A stretch of 64,000 nt of DNA from the human T2T-CHM13v2.0 reference genome, Homo sapiens: NCBI RefSeq assembly GCF_009914755.1, contig NC_060929.1. The stretch is one strand, 5' to 3'. Of the stretch, positions 61,163-64,000 are shown one piece after another. Numbering within the stretch: position 1 is the first letter of the stretch; the number at the start of each line of letters is the position of its first letter. Position numbers and translations under genes: made by a program. The notes below the pieces were generated by a model. It saw nothing but the letters and a program-made list of their open reading frames with translations, did no database searches and was not told where the DNA came from.

Positions 61163-62498
61163 CTAAAGGACAGGGCATAACTGATCAGGGCCAGCTACCT
61201 TTATGTCTTATTCTATTATGCCTTCAGTTAACATAAAGGGGGTAGCAGGATGACCAAGTCCTAATAAGGAGCCACTCATACGACCTTTTTTTCTCTCTAG
61301 AGAAAAGGTACCATAAGTAATACTACTTTCTGAATTGAGAAACACGAAAAAAAATTAATAAATTATAACACAAAACAAATAAAAAGCAAAGCTCTTATGT
61401 AAGATTTTACCCAATAGTAACAGGTTTCTGTGAAAGATTTTGGAACATGACTCCTCATTACCTTCCTCTTCCTCTCCAATATTAACTTCAATTTACCTTC
61501 ACTTTCTGAATTAAACAGCTCCTTTTAGTTTACAGGCGGCTGGGTGCCAGTGAGACTGGGGTCTTGGTTAGGGTCCTGGTAGAGAGAACTGGTATAAAGG
61601 ATTTCTCTGAGATAAGCAGGGGAGCCAGCAGAGAAATGTTCAGACCAATGTCTGGAATCCTGAGAAAAGATCAACATCAGGTTTCCATACATGTGCTGGT
61701 TCTCCTTAGCCCCCAAGAGACCAAAACAAACAAACAAAAAGACAAACAGATAGACTGAGACATCCTTGGCTCTAAAACTGGGAGATTTACTGGCTGCTTC
61801 TGAATATGCCAGCAAGGGAGTGGAAACCTACCTACTTTAATATCATTGACACACAGGATAGACACAAGTGCTTCATCTTTCATCTCCTGTTAAGACAAAA
61901 GTAATTTAGCATTCCCTAACATGAAACCTTAGCTCTAGAGAGCAGAAAACAAAAATACCTAAACATTACATAGGGTCCCAAAAGCCAGAGAAAGGAAGGG
62001 CAGTAAGAATAAACAGAAAATACCAGCAAAACAGATCTGCTGGAGGAGACACATGACAGTGTGATTTAAGATAATGAGAACATTAGCAGAAGTCCAGGCT
62101 TACTATATACACACCAAAGACTTTCTGGAGAAAAACAAGCAAACAAAATGCTTTTCTAAATCAATAATTCAATAGGTAAAAATGAAAGAAAACCTGGCCT
62201 GTAATGTCATCCTTTATAAATCCCTACCCATTATTCTTGTATTCTAATTGGAATCTGAAACATTTGCACATTTCCCCTTTATGTTCTTATGAATCCAAGA
62301 ACAATGAGATGATGACTTTGATTCACATGCAAAAAGTGTTTTAAATTATTATTCCAAGCAATCATTGTTTTCAAAAATCTTTCTCTAGAGGAGGCTGAAA
62401 AGCCTCACTTAGTCCCTGAATACTTATATTTCATTGTAAGAGCATCCTGTATTGAAGTCACAACTGATCGAGTAGGGTATTTATAAAGGACGACATCA

Positions 62499-63096
62499 CA
62501 GTCATACATTGCTTGACAATGAGGATATGTTCTAAGAAATTTGTCATTAGGCAATTTTGTCATCATGTGAACATCACAGAGTGTATTTACACAAACCTAG
62601 ATGGTATAGCCTCCTACACATCTAGGCTATGTGAGATAGCCTATTGCTCCTAGACTGCAAACCTATGCAACATGTTACTGAATACTGTAGGCAACTGCAA
62701 CATAATGCTAAGTATTTGTGTATCTAAAAATATCTACATATAGAAAATGAATAGTAAAAATACAGTATAAATACAGTAAACACGATAAACCTGTAGAGGA
62801 CATTTAGCATGAACAGAGCTTGGTGGACTGGAAGTTGTTCTGGGGGAAGCCAGTAAGTTGTGAGTAAATGGGAAGGCCTGGAACATTACTGTGCCCTTTA
62901 TGCTACTGGCAGCAGAGTAAGTTTGTTTCTACCAGCATCACCACCAACACTCCAGTAACATATTACCCTATGATGTTACAACAGCTGCTATGTTACTAGG
63001 AGATAAAAATTTTTCAGTTGGATTATAATCTCCTATGGCCAACATCATAAATGTGGTCCATCACTGACTGAAACTTTGTTATGCAATATATGTCTG
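62499..63096. mobile_element. Tigger3 (MER7-type) TcMar DNA transposon, ~600 bp
   Basis: cagtcat...ttctaagaaatttgtcattaggcaattttgtc...acacaaacctagatggtatagcct...gtggtccatcactgactgaaac. Confidence 0.85.
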
Positions 63097-63379
63097 GAAT
63101 GTGTTTCTTAAATATATATGTATATTTCATCTGAACTGAGAAGCCTAGAATGAACACTTCTTTTCATGAATGAGGACTATTGTCAACTAAGTGTAATAAT
63201 CAGAGCATTATTCTCAATATTATTTGTTGTTATGTCATTATTGGATCTATTTGACACCTTATAGCAGAAATAATTAAATCTTCGTTACTCCTTAATGAGC
63301 TCTGAATTTTCTCTCTCTTTTGAATGTGGAATGTGGATTGGAGTACAAAAGAATATGAGTATGAGAGGAGAGCGCCAAC

Positions 63380-64000
63380 CAGAAATGATGTAGGAATTCT
63401 CAGAAACAAACATCAGAAAAAATGCCCTGTTTACAAACTTAAAAGATGCAAATTGAAAGGGTTTTACATCTAAGAACCCAAGAAGTAGACAAAAGTTTCA
63501 ACCGACAGACAAAACCTGACAGAACTATCAGTTGCATTCTCATGGCACTTCTGTTAACTTTTTGAAGGGTAGTGTTATTTCTAGTTTCAGCATTAACAAG
63601 AAGAGAATAAATACTAATATTACATAGATATAATAATTATAATTTAAATTTTCTGCCATCTGGATGTAAAATTTGGCATTCTTGGGATGGTTTTAATTTA
63701 AAAATGTTTAACATGGCTAATGGCAATTCCCTTATGATAGGTTGAATTATTAAAAAAAAAATCCAACTACTAGATATGTATAGGAAGTACATTTAAATGA
63801 AGTTAAAAGTGGAAAAAAATTGCTGTACAAATATCTAACAGGAAAAGAAAATAGGTGAGTCATATTAATATTAGATAAAATGGTATTCAAAGCCAAAGAA
63901 TAAAAATGAAGACAAAGACAATATCTTTAAAATGTAATCTTTCCTAAAATAATGTGTGGATCTAATTTTATTCTAATTAGAAATAAAATTTTGGCATACT
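63380..64000 (+). mobile_element. Ancient L1M ORF1/ORF2-start remnant
   Basis: atgcaaattgaaaggg...; catattaatattagataaaatggtattcaaagcc...gacaaaga. Confidence 0.5.

Noticed and set aside
61525-61815. 96-aa minus-strand ORF with an acceptor-like site
   Set aside because: Weak donor, no recognisable homology, and it lies near old L1M debris

Overview
AT-rich, repeat-dense primate (probably ape) genomic DNA with no recognisable multi-exon host gene. Most of the window is retroelement debris: nested L1s (L1PA3-like to L1M), five Alus, LTRs (MER9, THE1, MER21, MST), MIR/L2 and DNA-transposon relics (MER5, Tigger3), plus a ~3 kb AT-rich array (28.6-31.6 kb) containing ordered 44-, 32- and 30-bp minisatellite blocks. 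The one clear cellular-gene product is an intronless PSME2 (PA28-beta) retrocopy at 10414-11201 with a fully open 239-aa ORF. Both of its junctions are atypical. The 5' side is fused to a ~318-bp segment that recurs 8 kb downstream (18196-18512, ~93-94% identical by hand count). The 3' side is followed by a 40-bp-arm fold-back inverted repeat, and no TSD is visible. Several other tail-less or locally templated insertions occur in the window. Speculative signals include an E-box-rich, Kozak/signal-peptide-like exon at ~11.9 kb and a degraded REJ-like frame at ~3.6 kb. Repeat subfamily names and comparisons with PSME2, PKD1 and PKDREJ are from memory of consensus sequences, and coordinates of old repeats are approximate.
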